A DNA stretch of 64,000 bases from an uncultured Poribacteria bacterium (GCA_958296135.2 CATQHZ020000001.1:1056001-1120000), one strand, 5' to 3'; positions 41,190-53,176 are shown, counted from the stretch's first letter. The notes: generated by a model not told the origin, from the letters alone. A program made the numbers and translations.

Positions 41190-42030
41190 GGTAAGAAAGA
41201 ATTTCTTCAGCGGCTCGGCGCGAGGCCTGCGCGTTGAACGCCGCCGCCGCCTTTTCTGCGCGGTAGTAATTTCCCTGATAATACCGCAGGAAAAGCGCGG
41301 TTGCCCACAAAGCTGCGTCCACGTAATGTGCATCTAACGCAGCGTCAACAGTGGCAAAGCCGAGCGCGCCGTTTAGCACAAAGGCATTGAGGCCGTCTGC
41401 CCAATTGCCAGTATAGACTTGTCCTGCGCCGGGTAAGATTACCGACAAGAGTTTCGCAAGTTTCATAGATTTCCGCGGCGCATTTATGGCTGCATCAAAG
41501 CGCGCGTCAAGTTCCGCAGCGTCTGAATCGGTAGCCGTGGCTTGTAACCTCGCGTAATGTTTCAGGGCGGCGCGCGCTTTTTCCCATCGGAGTTGGTAGA
41601 GATAGGCGATGCCTTGCAAAAATAGGGCGCGCCGATAGTGCGATTCCGTTGGGTTTCGCATCGTGATTTTTATCAACTCCAATAAACCGATGTCATAATT
41701 TTTGCTGGCAATGAGCGTTACGGCGAGTTCAAGTTGTCGCTCGGTTTTCGCCGTTTTATTGGTGGCGCGTTGGACAGCGAGGCGCATCGCCGCGGCTGCC
41801 TCTTCCCACAGCTGTTGTTCGCGATAGGCGAGTCCGATGTTGCGGTAGGCTTCTCCCGCGCGCGCGTCATCTGGGTGAAAGAAGAGGAAGCGTTTATACT
41901 CGGTGATGGCGGCATCGTAATTGCCGAGGGCGAAGAAATGAGCACCCAGGGAGAGGGGTGTCTCATCCGCTGACACCGTGAAACCGATGAGCATTAGCAG
42001 AAGGGAGAAGGTGATTTGCTTGATAAGCAT
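41161..42030 (-). CDS. TPR protein with a C-terminal TM2-like membrane segment
   Basis: AITEYKRFLFFHP TPR, KSMKLAKLLSVILPGAGQVYTG. Confidence 0.85.
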   Translation of the reverse strand: MLIKQITFSLLLMLIGFTVSADETPLSLGAHFFALGNYDAAITEYKRFLFFHPDDARAGEAYRNIGLAYREQQLWEEAAAAMRLAVQRATNKTAKTERQLELAVTLIASKNYDIGLLELIKITMRNPTESHYRRALFLQGIAYLYQLRWEKARAALKHYARLQATATDSDAAELDARFDAAINAPRKSMKLAKLLSVILPGAGQVYTGNWADGLNAFVLNGALGFATVDAALDAHYVDAALWATALFLRYYQGNYYRAEKAAAAFNAQASRRAAEEILSYLTHVFAENR

Positions 42031-42145
42031 TGTATTTTTGCGTTTTCTGTTGTTGATGAAATAGGAATTTGTTTGCATTTCACGCGAAGTTAATGATACC
42101 CTAATTCTATTGAGATGTCAAACGAAAAGAAATGGAGAACGACTG

Positions 42146-42784
42146 ATGAAAACAGAGCCTGTTTTGGATACGGAGGCTATAGTCAGCAAGCGCCTTGAAA
42201 GCCTTTTTACGTGCCAAGAGGCCAGACCTGAGGCGTTAACCGACATTGAACTCGCCCGATTAACGCCTTTTCAGCGCGCGCTGCTTGCTACTGATGGCAC
42301 CGTCACGCGCTTTATTGAGACTTACACGCTCTCACCGGTGGAGATTACCCTTCTGCATCAAGAAGAACAGACGTTACCGGATGGGCATATTTGGCTGGAA
42401 CTTTCGTGTAGCGGGGAGGTTGTCTTCCGAGAAGTGCTGCTCCAAACGCCGGCCGCGGCGGGCCAATCGCAGCGCATCCATGCCTATGCGGTATCCGAAA
42501 TTGTTCCCCACCGTTTGCCAAAATACCTTTGGGATGGGGTGACCTCGGGTAAACAAGGGCTCGGCAGGCTTTTGTTAACCAGTCGGTTGGAGACCCGCCG
42601 CGAACTGTTATGGTGGGGTGTTGAACAGGGAGTCAATTTGCCGGATGTTATCAAGCCTCTTGAGTCCGAATCGTTCCTCAGCCGCACCTATCGGATAGTC
42701 GCCGATGGCATTCCGCTCATGTTGATTACCGAGAAGTTTCCACTGAAGGTAGACTTGAATTGGCGGCGACATTGTTCCGAATGA
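42146..42784 (+). CDS. Chorismate pyruvate-lyase-like (DUF98) protein
   Basis: QRALLATDGTVT, REVLL, GLGRLL, RTYRI, LITEKFP. Confidence 0.8.
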   Translation: MKTEPVLDTEAIVSKRLESLFTCQEARPEALTDIELARLTPFQRALLATDGTVTRFIETYTLSPVEITLLHQEEQTLPDGHIWLELSCSGEVVFREVLLQTPAAAGQSQRIHAYAVSEIVPHRLPKYLWDGVTSGKQGLGRLLLTSRLETRRELLWWGVEQGVNLPDVIKPLESESFLSRTYRIVADGIPLMLITEKFPLKVDLNWRRHCSE

Positions 42785-42941
42785 CGATGTGCTGTGGCTC
42801 GGCTGCATGGCCGAGGTGCGGATTTCCAACATCGCGCGCACGCAAATGGACAAAGGCATTGAAGGCGTGCTGGCTGTGAATCCGATGGATACATTGGCGA
42901 CGACGTGGGGCACCCTGCAGTCAAAACGGAAATTCGATTGA
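42759..42941 (+). pseudogene. Remnant of a LamG-protein C-terminus
   Basis: Frame reads IGGDIVPNDDVLWLGCMAEVRISNIARTQMDKGIEGVLAVNPMDTLATTWGTLQ, with no upstream gene body. Confidence 0.65.
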
Positions 42942-43853
42942 CAGCGTTGATAGGAACTCGTTCGCTACTGTGCGATTGTAAACGCGCGCTGCAATGACGG
43001 AACCGTAGATATTGCCGAGATAGAAAGCACCGCTGATGGTGCCGAAAGTCCAGCCTTTCACTGATGTGATGCCATCTCTGCTGAAGCCGTCGTAAGCCTG
43101 CCAGCCAGTTAACCCGACAACGATAAGGCTGGCGATGGCATCGCTGGTGCGTCCGGTGTAAAGCCGCCCGGCTCCCGGCAGTGCTGTGGAGAGGAGCCCG
43201 GCTAGGAACGGGCTTCGGCTGGGGAGGCGCGCGCCTTGCTCGGCATAATGGTGATATTCCGCCGCTTTGTGCCTGACAGATTCTACCGCTGCTCCTTGCA
43301 ACGCCTTGAAAACTTCGCCTGCCGCGCGCCACTGCTTTTGCATCAGATAAGCGAGCCCGATGAGTTGTTGGGATTCGGCGTGTTGCCGCGCGGCCGTGAT
43401 GCGCGGCAACGTCTCTTGCAGAAACCGAGCGGTGTCCGCAAACTGCTCCATGATGAAATAGGAGACACCAATCTGGTAGTAGGCACGGCTCGCGAAAGTG
43501 CTTTGCGGATGCCGCTGTAAAAGCGTTTCAAAAGTATCAATTGCCTGCTTCGGTTTCCCGCCAAAACGATAACAGAGGGCGATTTGATAGTGGATGCCAA
43601 CGTTATCGCCCGTGGCGCGGCGGTTTGTCCCCTGCGCTTGCTCAGGCGCGCTTCGCAAACGCGCGTAATAGAGGTACCGTTGATACTCCCCGGCGGCGCG
43701 CAGATAATCGCCTTCCTCAAATAAGAAATCGGCGAATTGCAGGACATTTTCGGGGCTGTAATAGTCCACCTGCGCCTCGGCTACACTCGCGAGGCTGATG
43801 AGAATCATGAACGCAAGCTTAAAACGTCGCATAAGCTGAAACCGGGTCTGCAT
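42921..43853 (-). CDS. TPR protein with a C-terminal TM2-like segment (paralog of 41161-42030)
   Basis: Signal peptide, AAGEYQRYLY, RSPFLAGLLSTALPGAGRLYTG. Confidence 0.85.
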   Translation of the reverse strand: MQTRFQLMRRFKLAFMILISLASVAEAQVDYYSPENVLQFADFLFEEGDYLRAAGEYQRYLYYARLRSAPEQAQGTNRRATGDNVGIHYQIALCYRFGGKPKQAIDTFETLLQRHPQSTFASRAYYQIGVSYFIMEQFADTARFLQETLPRITAARQHAESQQLIGLAYLMQKQWRAAGEVFKALQGAAVESVRHKAAEYHHYAEQGARLPSRSPFLAGLLSTALPGAGRLYTGRTSDAIASLIVVGLTGWQAYDGFSRDGITSVKGWTFGTISGAFYLGNIYGSVIAARVYNRTVANEFLSTLSIEFPF

Positions 43854-44301
43854 ATTTTCCTGTCACGGTATCTTTATGATAATGCGCCGCTTGCGAACCG
43901 TTGCATCGGAGGAGCCGGTCTGCCGTGAGCAAAATGCCGCGCAACACACCGTATTTTTGGATACATGCCATCCCAAAGCGCGAACAGGACGGCTGGAAAT
44001 TGCATGTCGGCCTGTCTTGGCTGGAGATGAATTTCTGATAGAGCCGAATGAGCCCTGTGGCGGCCCACTTGAGCTCCGACGTTTCTTGCGGGTTAAAGCG
44101 GCTTGGCGCGGCCCAGGCCCTCGCCCTCGCCCTCGCCCTATGGGTGGCATGGGAGAGGCTGCCTGCCTTCTGCGGTTTAGGCGTTTGGTTGAGAGCGATG
44201 ATAGGGTTCACTTTGCGGATAAAACCCAGGTCATCGGCTTCTCCTGCGAGTGCAGGCGAAACGAGAATGACAGCCATCAGCAGAGAAAGATAGTTTACCA
44301 T
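43819..44301 (-). CDS. yidD: YidD-like membrane protein insertion efficiency factor with an N-terminal signal peptide
   Basis: LIRLYQKFISSQDRPTCNFQPSCSRFG...DRLLRC. Confidence 0.8.
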   Translation of the reverse strand: MVNYLSLLMAVILVSPALAGEADDLGFIRKVNPIIALNQTPKPQKAGSLSHATHRARARARAWAAPSRFNPQETSELKWAATGLIRLYQKFISSQDRPTCNFQPSCSRFGMACIQKYGVLRGILLTADRLLRCNGSQAAHYHKDTVTGKYADPVSAYATF

Positions 44302-45029
44302 TTGACCTCGGTTACCTTCACGGATGCCGGTAGGGTGAAGGTTAATATCGGATGTGGCGGCGCCGCGTTCACCTGCGGATGGCTATAGAGGATACGTTCA
44401 CGCTGGACCGGCTCAGACTTCCCTGCATAAAGCGTAGCACTTACTTCCATTGGGATATAGGTGTCGCCGAGTTTGCTGTGGTGCTGATAATGCGATGTTG
44501 CGGCAAGACGGCCATCAGGATTTTTGACTTCCGCGGAGATGAGCCTATCCTCGCGCATTCCCAGGAGAACCTCGCCGAGTTTATCCTTCGCCTTCTCTGG
44601 CGGCTTCCAATAGGTATAGAGCACCGCATCCTTCACATCGTGTCTGTCCAGAGAATATCCCATCGCGGTTAACCCATATTCCGCCTGCGTTGACTGGATG
44701 ATGGCTTCCACAAACGGGAGCGGTATTCGCCCCTCGGAGATGAACCGAAACGCCTGCTTCTCCACGGGATAGTAAATTTCCAGCACCTTGCCTTTTACGA
44801 GCATAATTTGCGAGAGTGGCTCTGTCACCTCCACGACAACCCGCTTCGCCTTCGCGTCATAGTGGAGGGTGCCAGATGTTGTTTCGGTTGTGCCTTTCTC
44901 GGTTAATTCGCGCGTGAAATCGAGGGAAAGCGTTTTTATCGGCGCGGCGGAAAGCGCGGGCGCGAGAAGCAACGTGATGAAGAATTGAAGGGTTGTAGAC
45001 ATCTGTTTTAATGATATTTTCTTCATCAT
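44295..45029 (-). CDS. Secreted protein, probable LolA-like fold
   Basis: Signal peptide, LSLDFTRE...SGTLHY...EVTEPLSQIMLVKG, F-T-L-P near the C-terminus. Confidence 0.65.
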   Translation of the reverse strand: MMKKISLKQMSTTLQFFITLLLAPALSAAPIKTLSLDFTRELTEKGTTETTSGTLHYDAKAKRVVVEVTEPLSQIMLVKGKVLEIYYPVEKQAFRFISEGRIPLPFVEAIIQSTQAEYGLTAMGYSLDRHDVKDAVLYTYWKPPEKAKDKLGEVLLGMREDRLISAEVKNPDGRLAATSHYQHHSKLGDTYIPMEVSATLYAGKSEPVQRERILYSHPQVNAAPPHPILTFTLPASVKVTEVKW

Positions 45030-45166
45030 AAAACCTCTTGTAGGGGAGTTAGTTGCGCTTCGCTGATTTTACTTCATTATTTTATCACATGCCACACATT
45101 CTCGCAATACTTTTTTTTGCAAAATATGCTATAATGATTTCACATCACCTAAAAAAGGAGTTTGGT

Positions 45167-46678
45167 ATGAGCCAAGAAGAGAAAAAAGACACGGAAGAGA
45201 AGGCATCTGACGAGAAGTCGCTGCCGCCTGCCGAAGATAACCTCTCTGTCACGCACCATAGCGTTACAATAAACGGGGAGGAGATTCGCTATACCGCTAC
45301 CACCGGCACCCTCGTTCTCAGCGAGGAGAGCGAGAAAGAGGGCGAAAAGGCGAAGGCATCTGTTTTCTTCGTCGCCTATACCCGCGATGATGTGGAGGAC
45401 GTTGCGCACCGGCCGATAACGTTCTCTTTCAATGGCGGCCCCGGTTCCTCCTCTGTCTGGTTGCATTTGGGCGTCCTCGGTCCGCGCCGTATCAAGCCTG
45501 ATGTGACAGAGGCCCCGCCGAAACCGCCCTATCAACTTATCGATAACGATTTCTCCATTTTGGATAAGACTGACTTGGTTTTCATCGATCCGGTTAGCAC
45601 CGGTTTCAGCCGGGCGGTGCCAGGCGAAGAGGCAAAACAGTTCCACGGGTTCAAGAAGGATATTGAGTCTGTCGGCGATTTTATTTTGCTGTACCTGGGG
45701 CGTTACAAACGTTGGAGTTCGCCGAAGTTTCTCATCGGAGAAAGTTACGGGACAACTCGCGCCGGCGGACTTTCCGGCTATTTGCAGGAGCAGCACGGCA
45801 CCTACCTCAACGGCATCATGCTTGTCTCGGTGGTGTTGAATTTCCAGACGATTCTGTTTGGCCCCGGCAACGATTTGCCCTATATCCTCTTTCTGCCGAC
45901 TTACGCGGCAGCCGGGCTTTATCATAAGAAGTCGAAAGCCAGCGAGGAAATGCCCCTTGCCCCGGGTCAGGTTGAGAACCATTTTTACGCTACCTTGGAC
46001 GAAGTGAAGGAATTCGCGATGGGCGAGTACACGCTCGCGTTGATGCAGGGTTCCGAGATTCCGCCCGGCAAGCGTGCCGATATTATTAAACGGCTGGCGG
46101 AGTATACCGGCCTGTCACCAGAATACATCGACAGGACAGACCTGCGGATTGGGATTTCCCGATTTTGCAAGGAGCTGCTCCGCGACGAGGAACGCACCGT
46201 CGGAAGGTTTGATAGCCGCTACACGGGCATCGACCGGGATTCAGCGGGTGAGTCCGTTGAATACGACCCGAGTTTTGCGATAATTCAGGGTGCCTACACC
46301 GCCACACTCAACGACTACGTCCGGCGGGAATTGGCATTTGAGTCCAACCTGCCGTATGAAATCCTTAGCCGCCGCGTCCATCCGTGGAACTTTGATGAAC
46401 ATCAGAACCAGTATGTCAACGTTGCCGATACGCTCCGCAAGGCGATGACGATGAATCCGGCGTTGAAAGTCTTTGTCGCCAGCGGCTATTACGATTTAGC
46501 GACGCCGTATTTGGCGACGGAATACACCTTCACGCATCTTGGGCTGGACAAGTCCTTGCAGGCCAACATCACGATGGCGTACTACAAGGCGGGGCACATG
46601 ATGTATATTGACATGGCCGAGTTGGCGCGGATGAAGGTAGATTTGGATGCGTTCCTTGACAGCGCGCTGCCCGGTTAA
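45167..46678 (+). CDS. Serine carboxypeptidase S10 family
   Basis: FNGGPGSSS, FIDPVSTGFS, GESYG, GYYDLATP, AGHMMY. Confidence 0.93.
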   Translation: MSQEEKKDTEEKASDEKSLPPAEDNLSVTHHSVTINGEEIRYTATTGTLVLSEESEKEGEKAKASVFFVAYTRDDVEDVAHRPITFSFNGGPGSSSVWLHLGVLGPRRIKPDVTEAPPKPPYQLIDNDFSILDKTDLVFIDPVSTGFSRAVPGEEAKQFHGFKKDIESVGDFILLYLGRYKRWSSPKFLIGESYGTTRAGGLSGYLQEQHGTYLNGIMLVSVVLNFQTILFGPGNDLPYILFLPTYAAAGLYHKKSKASEEMPLAPGQVENHFYATLDEVKEFAMGEYTLALMQGSEIPPGKRADIIKRLAEYTGLSPEYIDRTDLRIGISRFCKELLRDEERTVGRFDSRYTGIDRDSAGESVEYDPSFAIIQGAYTATLNDYVRRELAFESNLPYEILSRRVHPWNFDEHQNQYVNVADTLRKAMTMNPALKVFVASGYYDLATPYLATEYTFTHLGLDKSLQANITMAYYKAGHMMYIDMAELARMKVDLDAFLDSALPG

Positions 46679-46716
46679 ATGGTGAGGGTGGATTTTTATG
46701 TCCATTGTAGAAACCA

Positions 46717-47763
46717 ATGAGTTACCAAAGAGAATTTGAGAACCGATTGAACGTTGCTGTCGTCGGGGTTGGTTTGCACGGCTATCGGAACGTTTTGCCG
46801 ACGCTGACTTTCCTGCCGATTCGGCTGCAGGCGTTTTGTGATGTCGATATCGCCCGTGCCCGAATCACTGCGGAACAATACGGCGTGAAGGCGTGTTATG
46901 AGAACATGGCAGACATGTTCCGGAACGAGGAATTGGATGCCATCTTCCTCTGTGTGCCACCGCGGTTGCACCCGGTGCTGGCCTGCGAGGCGTTGGATGC
47001 CGGTGTGCATGTGTGGCTAGAAAAACCACCGGGGATGTTCGCCGCCGAGGTAGAGGAAATCATTCGCCACCGGAACGATAAGGTGGTGGTTGTCGGCTTC
47101 AAAAAGGCGTTCATGCCTGCGACGGAGAAAATCATTGAAATTTTCGGCACGGCGGGATATGGGCCTTTACGCACTATCTTGGGCGTTTATCCGATGACAA
47201 TCCCCAAAGATGGCAAGCGTGTTCTCCGCGAGGGTGAACATACCAATTGGCTCCAAAACGGGTGCCATCCGTTGTCACTGCTCGTGGCAGTCGGCGGGAA
47301 AGTCTCGGCTGTCACCGTGCATGTAGGCCGGCGCGGCGGTGGCGCGTGCATCTTAGAATACGCCAGCGGCGCACTCGGAAATTTCCACTTGGCAGATGGT
47401 GCCCGCCACGGACAACCCTCGGAGCGTTACCAGTTTTTCGGTGATGGATGCCATGCGGAGATTACCAACGGCGACAGGGTTTTGCTACAACGCGGGATGC
47501 GTTTTGATTACCGCGGCAGCACCAGTTTCGTGCCGGAAGGTTTTGACAGCGGTGCTATCGTCTGGGAACCGCAAAACAGCCTTGGCACGTTGGAAAACAA
47601 GGGGCTTTTCATCCAAGGGTTTTACCAAGAGATGCGCTATTTCTGCGACTGCATTCTGGAAGGCAAGCCTGCAGAACGGGGCTCGCTAGAATTCGCCTTG
47701 GAAGTGATGAAGGTTTACGAGGCAGGGCTCCGCTCAGAAGGGGCGAGAGTTCTGGTTCAGTAG
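46717..47763 (+). CDS. Gfo/Idh/MocA family oxidoreductase
   Basis: [15 protein letters not shown]. Confidence 0.88.
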   Translation: MSYQREFENRLNVAVVGVGLHGYRNVLPTLTFLPIRLQAFCDVDIARARITAEQYGVKACYENMADMFRNEELDAIFLCVPPRLHPVLACEALDAGVHVWLEKPPGMFAAEVEEIIRHRNDKVVVVGFKKAFMPATEKIIEIFGTAGYGPLRTILGVYPMTIPKDGKRVLREGEHTNWLQNGCHPLSLLVAVGGKVSAVTVHVGRRGGGACILEYASGALGNFHLADGARHGQPSERYQFFGDGCHAEITNGDRVLLQRGMRFDYRGSTSFVPEGFDSGAIVWEPQNSLGTLENKGLFIQGFYQEMRYFCDCILEGKPAERGSLEFALEVMKVYEAGLRSEGARVLVQ

Positions 47764-47852
47764 AAGTCTTGATGGACTCGGCGGGCGCGTCCTCTGAGTC
47801 CCGCGAGAATTGGTAGGCGCGGTTTGCAATCGCGCGCTTCAGGAACAAAAGT

Positions 47853-48866
47853 ATGGAATATAGACGACTCGGCAAAAGCGGCCTCAAGGTTTCTGAAATC
47901 TGCCTTGGCACGATGACGTTCGGGCACGGCGCAGACGAGGCGGAAACCAACCGGATGATGCACTTCGCCTGGGATGCTGGCGTAAACTTTTTTGATACGG
48001 CGAATTCGTATGCCGATGGAGAGTCTGAGATGCTGCTCGGCAAGGCGCTGAAAGGCCGGCGGCGCGATGCTGTCGTCGCGACGAAGTTTTTCAATCCGAT
48101 GGGCCCCGGGCCGAACGATTCAGGGATGTCGCGCGTCCACATTATGCAGGCACTTGACGACAGTCTCAAACGGCTGCAGATGGATTACGTGGATATCTAC
48201 TACATTCACCATGTTGATACGCAAACGCCGTTAGAGGAGATGCTGCGCGCGTTGGATGATTTGGTGCGTCAGGGCAAGGTTCGTTATACGGCGTGTAGCA
48301 ACTATCAGGCGTGGCGGTTGTCCGAGGCGTTATGGCTTAGCGAGTCGCTGAACTTGGAACGGTTCGCCTGCTATCAGCCGCAATATAGCCTTGTCGTGCG
48401 GGATATTGAGCAAGAGTTGGTGCCGCTCTGCGAATACAAGGGGCTGGGCATCGTTGTCTGGAGTCCGTTGGCTGGCGGGTTTTTATCTGGCAAATACCGG
48501 CTGGGAGAGCGCACGCAGGGCGGCACGCGTTCCGCCGAGGGATGGGCGTATCCGCAACGCTATTTCGCCGCGAACGCTGACGAGACGCTGCAGACGCTCT
48601 ACGACGTTTCCGATGAGTTGGGCTATAGTCCCGCGCAAGTCGCGCTTCGATGGGTGCTGGAGCGGCGCGCTATAACTTCGGTGATTGTCGGCGCAAGACA
48701 CGCCGAGCATCTCCGCGATAACTTGGGTGCTGCAGGGTGGCGGCTAGCGGGAGAAGCACTTCAGCAACTGAACGCTGTCTCGCATCTGCCAGCCCGGTAC
48801 CCGGAAGCGATGGAGAAGGACATGCACGAACGCCGCGATAGTGCCGTGAAGATGCCCCTGCGATAA
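47853..48866 (+). CDS. Aldo/keto reductase
   Basis: LGKSGLKVSEICLGTMTFG, FDTANSY, WSPLAGGFLSGKY. Confidence 0.95.
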   Translation: MEYRRLGKSGLKVSEICLGTMTFGHGADEAETNRMMHFAWDAGVNFFDTANSYADGESEMLLGKALKGRRRDAVVATKFFNPMGPGPNDSGMSRVHIMQALDDSLKRLQMDYVDIYYIHHVDTQTPLEEMLRALDDLVRQGKVRYTACSNYQAWRLSEALWLSESLNLERFACYQPQYSLVVRDIEQELVPLCEYKGLGIVVWSPLAGGFLSGKYRLGERTQGGTRSAEGWAYPQRYFAANADETLQTLYDVSDELGYSPAQVALRWVLERRAITSVIVGARHAEHLRDNLGAAGWRLAGEALQQLNAVSHLPARYPEAMEKDMHERRDSAVKMPLR

Positions 48867-48936
48867 AAAGGTGAACCTTTCTGCATCTTATTTGTCTAAA
48901 AATAGCAAAGATGCATCTAGAAAGGAGGGATTTGCG

Positions 48937-51003
48937 ATGGGAAAATGGAAAGTTATCACAATTCTCGGCGTGATTGTGGTTGTCGTGGGAGCCGCAGTCG
49001 CTGTCGGACGCATCGTCTTTGCAACAAAAGCAGGCAACAACGGTGCCGATACGCCGGCAATTCAGACTGCAACAGTGGCACGGGGCGACATCGCTGTAAC
49101 TATTGACGCGACCGGCACCATCAAACCGCTGAATATCGTTGAAGTTAGTTCCAAAGCGAGTGGGAAGATTTTGGAATTGAAAGTGGATGCCGGCGATTAC
49201 GTTGAAAAGGACGACATTGTTGCTGTGATTGAGACTACCTACGTTCAGATTAGTTTAGAGCAGGCGAAGGCAGACTTACGCGCTTCCGAGGCACGCTTGC
49301 AACAGGCGGAGATTGACATCCAGCTCCAGCGCGAGCAGTCGAAAATCCAAATTCGGCAAGCCCGCGAGGCACTCGCCGAGGCGGAGAAACGGCTGGAACA
49401 ACTCACCGAGCAGATTCGGCTGGAGAAGGTAGCCAACAAACGTGGTATCATGGATGCTGAGAATAGCTTGAATATGGCGGGAATCCGTTACAAACTGCTC
49501 ACGTCTGGAGAGGTGCGGGAGGAGAGCAAGCGGCGCGCGGAAGCTACCGTGGAGCAAGATTTGGCGAGTTTCGATCTGGCGAAGGCGGAGGATGCGCGGA
49601 ATCAGCAGCTCTTTGAGAAAAAACTGATTTCACAAGCCGCCTTGGATGCCTCGCGTGCTCAGTTACGCGCCGCAGAGGCACGCTATAAATCCTCGGCCGA
49701 ACAACTCAAGTTAGTGGAGCAGCCGGCGAGTGAGGCGGAGTTGGAATTGGCGAGCGCGGATATTAAAAAGGCGGAGTTCGCCCTTGAGCTCGCCAATGAA
49801 CGCGTGGCCGCTGAAGAATCGCGAGATATGGATATTCCGCTTCAGAAAAACCGCATCGCGCAAGCACAAGACGCGCTGAACCTCGCACTCACTAACCAGA
49901 AACAGATCGCCCGGAAGGAACGCGACCTGGAGACAGCGGGTGCATCGCTTAAACGCAGCCAAGGCCAACTCGATCTTCGTCAAATTGAGTATGAGGATAC
50001 CGTCATCAAAGCCCCCATCTCCGGCACCATTTTGGAGAAGAAGGTTGAGGAGGGACAGGTTATCACCTCACGTCTCTCATCCCTCGCCTCTTCAGAGGGA
50101 CAGACGATTGTGACAATGGCAGACTTGGACACCGTTTACGTCGTCACCGAAGTTGACGAGACGGATATCGGCAAGGTGCAGATAGGGCAACCGGTAACGA
50201 TTACGGTGGAGGCATATCCGGACATGCCTTTTGCAGGCGAAGTCCTGAAAATCGCGCCACAAGGACAGGTAATCCAGAATGTCACAACCTTTGAAGTCAC
50301 TTCCGAATTGAAAAACGTTGGCGCGCGCGAAACGGCGCGTGGCCCAGGGCGACGCCAAGGTGGATGGCCCGGCGGTGATAGTGCCAATCTGACAGCGGAG
50401 CAACGCGAACGTTTCCGCGCGATGCGGCAGCAGGCTCAAGCCCAAGGGGGAGCTGGTGGTGAAGGCATGCGTCGGCCGCCCGCGACTGAAGAGACTCCGG
50501 CGCAGCCAGAGGCACCCACCCTTGCGAAATCGGACGAAGACGAAACAGAGGGAGCCGATGATTGGGGCAGTCTCTTTGGCGGATTTTTTGAGGAACAACC
50601 CCCGGATGCAGCACCAAGTCTAGCGCAAGAAACAAAGCCTGAGGCAGAAAAAATGCCGTTCCTCAAACCCGGCATGAACGCTTCTGTCCAAATATCTGCT
50701 GTCAACAAGGTAGGCATTCTGACGCTGCCTAATGAGGCAATCCTTGATATGCGCGGGAGAAAAATGGTGAGAGTCGTTGGAGTTGATGGGCAACCTGGCC
50801 GCCCGCAGCCCATCGCCGCTGGCGTGAGCAGTTTTGACAAAACTGAGATTATCTCTGGGCTCGCCGAGGGAGATGTCGTTGCCATCGGCGGCGGTTTCGC
50901 GCGCGGCGGTGGCGGGAATCGTGAAGAGTGGCGACGTAGGATGCAGAATCCTGCCTCCACAATGCGCCGGATGGGCGGGGGTGGCGGCCCGAGGGGCAGA
51001 TAG
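48937..51003 (+). CDS. Efflux periplasmic adaptor subunit (MacA/HlyD-like) with a long coiled coil
   Basis: TM anchor, ATGTIKP...ASGKI...VDAGD, IKAPISGTI, VDETDIGKVQIGQ, LKPGMNA. Confidence 0.9.
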   Translation: MGKWKVITILGVIVVVVGAAVAVGRIVFATKAGNNGADTPAIQTATVARGDIAVTIDATGTIKPLNIVEVSSKASGKILELKVDAGDYVEKDDIVAVIETTYVQISLEQAKADLRASEARLQQAEIDIQLQREQSKIQIRQAREALAEAEKRLEQLTEQIRLEKVANKRGIMDAENSLNMAGIRYKLLTSGEVREESKRRAEATVEQDLASFDLAKAEDARNQQLFEKKLISQAALDASRAQLRAAEARYKSSAEQLKLVEQPASEAELELASADIKKAEFALELANERVAAEESRDMDIPLQKNRIAQAQDALNLALTNQKQIARKERDLETAGASLKRSQGQLDLRQIEYEDTVIKAPISGTILEKKVEEGQVITSRLSSLASSEGQTIVTMADLDTVYVVTEVDETDIGKVQIGQPVTITVEAYPDMPFAGEVLKIAPQGQVIQNVTTFEVTSELKNVGARETARGPGRRQGGWPGGDSANLTAEQRERFRAMRQQAQAQGGAGGEGMRRPPATEETPAQPEAPTLAKSDEDETEGADDWGSLFGGFFEEQPPDAAPSLAQETKPEAEKMPFLKPGMNASVQISAVNKVGILTLPNEAILDMRGRKMVRVVGVDGQPGRPQPIAAGVSSFDKTEIISGLAEGDVVAIGGGFARGGGGNREEWRRRMQNPASTMRRMGGGGGPRGR

Positions 51004-51069
51004 GCGTTCCTCTGGTAGGAGCGATGTCCACATCGCGACTCCCCGGCAGGAGCGACAAGGAGGAAAACT

Positions 51070-52281
<1,212 letters not shown>

Positions 52282-52459
52282 AATGCTGAGATTCTGTTTC
52301 CGGTAGGCGCGGTTTCCGCCTGGGCCTCGAGTAGGTTGCGCGCTTTCAAAGCGCGCCTGCCGGCACTTATACCAAATGAATAAGGACAGGCCGGACGCAA
52401 ATGCCATTACTTTTCCATGCACGGGTGTTGAGTCTGCGTAAGTCCTCTAAGGAATTAAT

Positions 52460-53176
52460 ATGTCAAAAATAGCAGTCATTTCAGGCGTGGGTCCTGGCTT
52501 AGGCGCGGCACTCGCCCGTAAATTTGCACACGAAGGATGCAGCGTTGCGTTGCTCGCGCGCTCAGCGGCCTACATTCATCACTTGGAAAGAAAATTGGCG
52601 GAGACAGGTGCGACAGCCTTACCTATTCCGACAGATATTGCGGATGCGGCGCAGGTAGCGCGGAGTTTTGCGCGCATTCGTGAGGAATTAGGTGCGCCCG
52701 ATATTTTGATTAATCACGCGGGCAACGCGGCCTGGGGGACTTTCGCGAACCTCACACCGGAGGCGTTTGAAGGTTCATGGCGGGTTTGCACACTCGGTGG
52801 GTTTCTGTGTTCCAAACAGGTGGTGCCGGGGATGCTTGAGAAAGGCGGGGGTTGCATTCTGTTCACGGGGGCAACTTCTTCCGTGCGCGGCAGAGCGGGC
52901 GCGTTAGCGTTCAGCAGTGCGAAGTTTGCGACGCGCGGCTTGGCATCGGCACTTGCACGTGAGGTGGGGCCGCACGGCATCCATGTCGCACATGTAATTA
53001 TTGATGGGGTTATTGATACGCCGGGTGTCCGGGAGCGGTATCAGCTGAAACCGAATGAACCGCTGCTTGCGCCGGATGCGATAGCGGAGACGTATTGGGC
53101 TTTGGTGCAGCAGGAGCGGAGCGCGTGGAGTTTTGAGGTGGATGTCCGTCCGCATAATGAGGAATTTTTCACCTAG
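52460..53176 (+). CDS. Short-chain dehydrogenase/reductase
   Basis: SGVGPGLG, NHAG, FSSAK, HVIIDG. Confidence 0.9.
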   Translation: MSKIAVISGVGPGLGAALARKFAHEGCSVALLARSAAYIHHLERKLAETGATALPIPTDIADAAQVARSFARIREELGAPDILINHAGNAAWGTFANLTPEAFEGSWRVCTLGGFLCSKQVVPGMLEKGGGCILFTGATSSVRGRAGALAFSSAKFATRGLASALAREVGPHGIHVAHVIIDGVIDTPGVRERYQLKPNEPLLAPDAIAETYWALVQQERSAWSFEVDVRPHNEEFFT

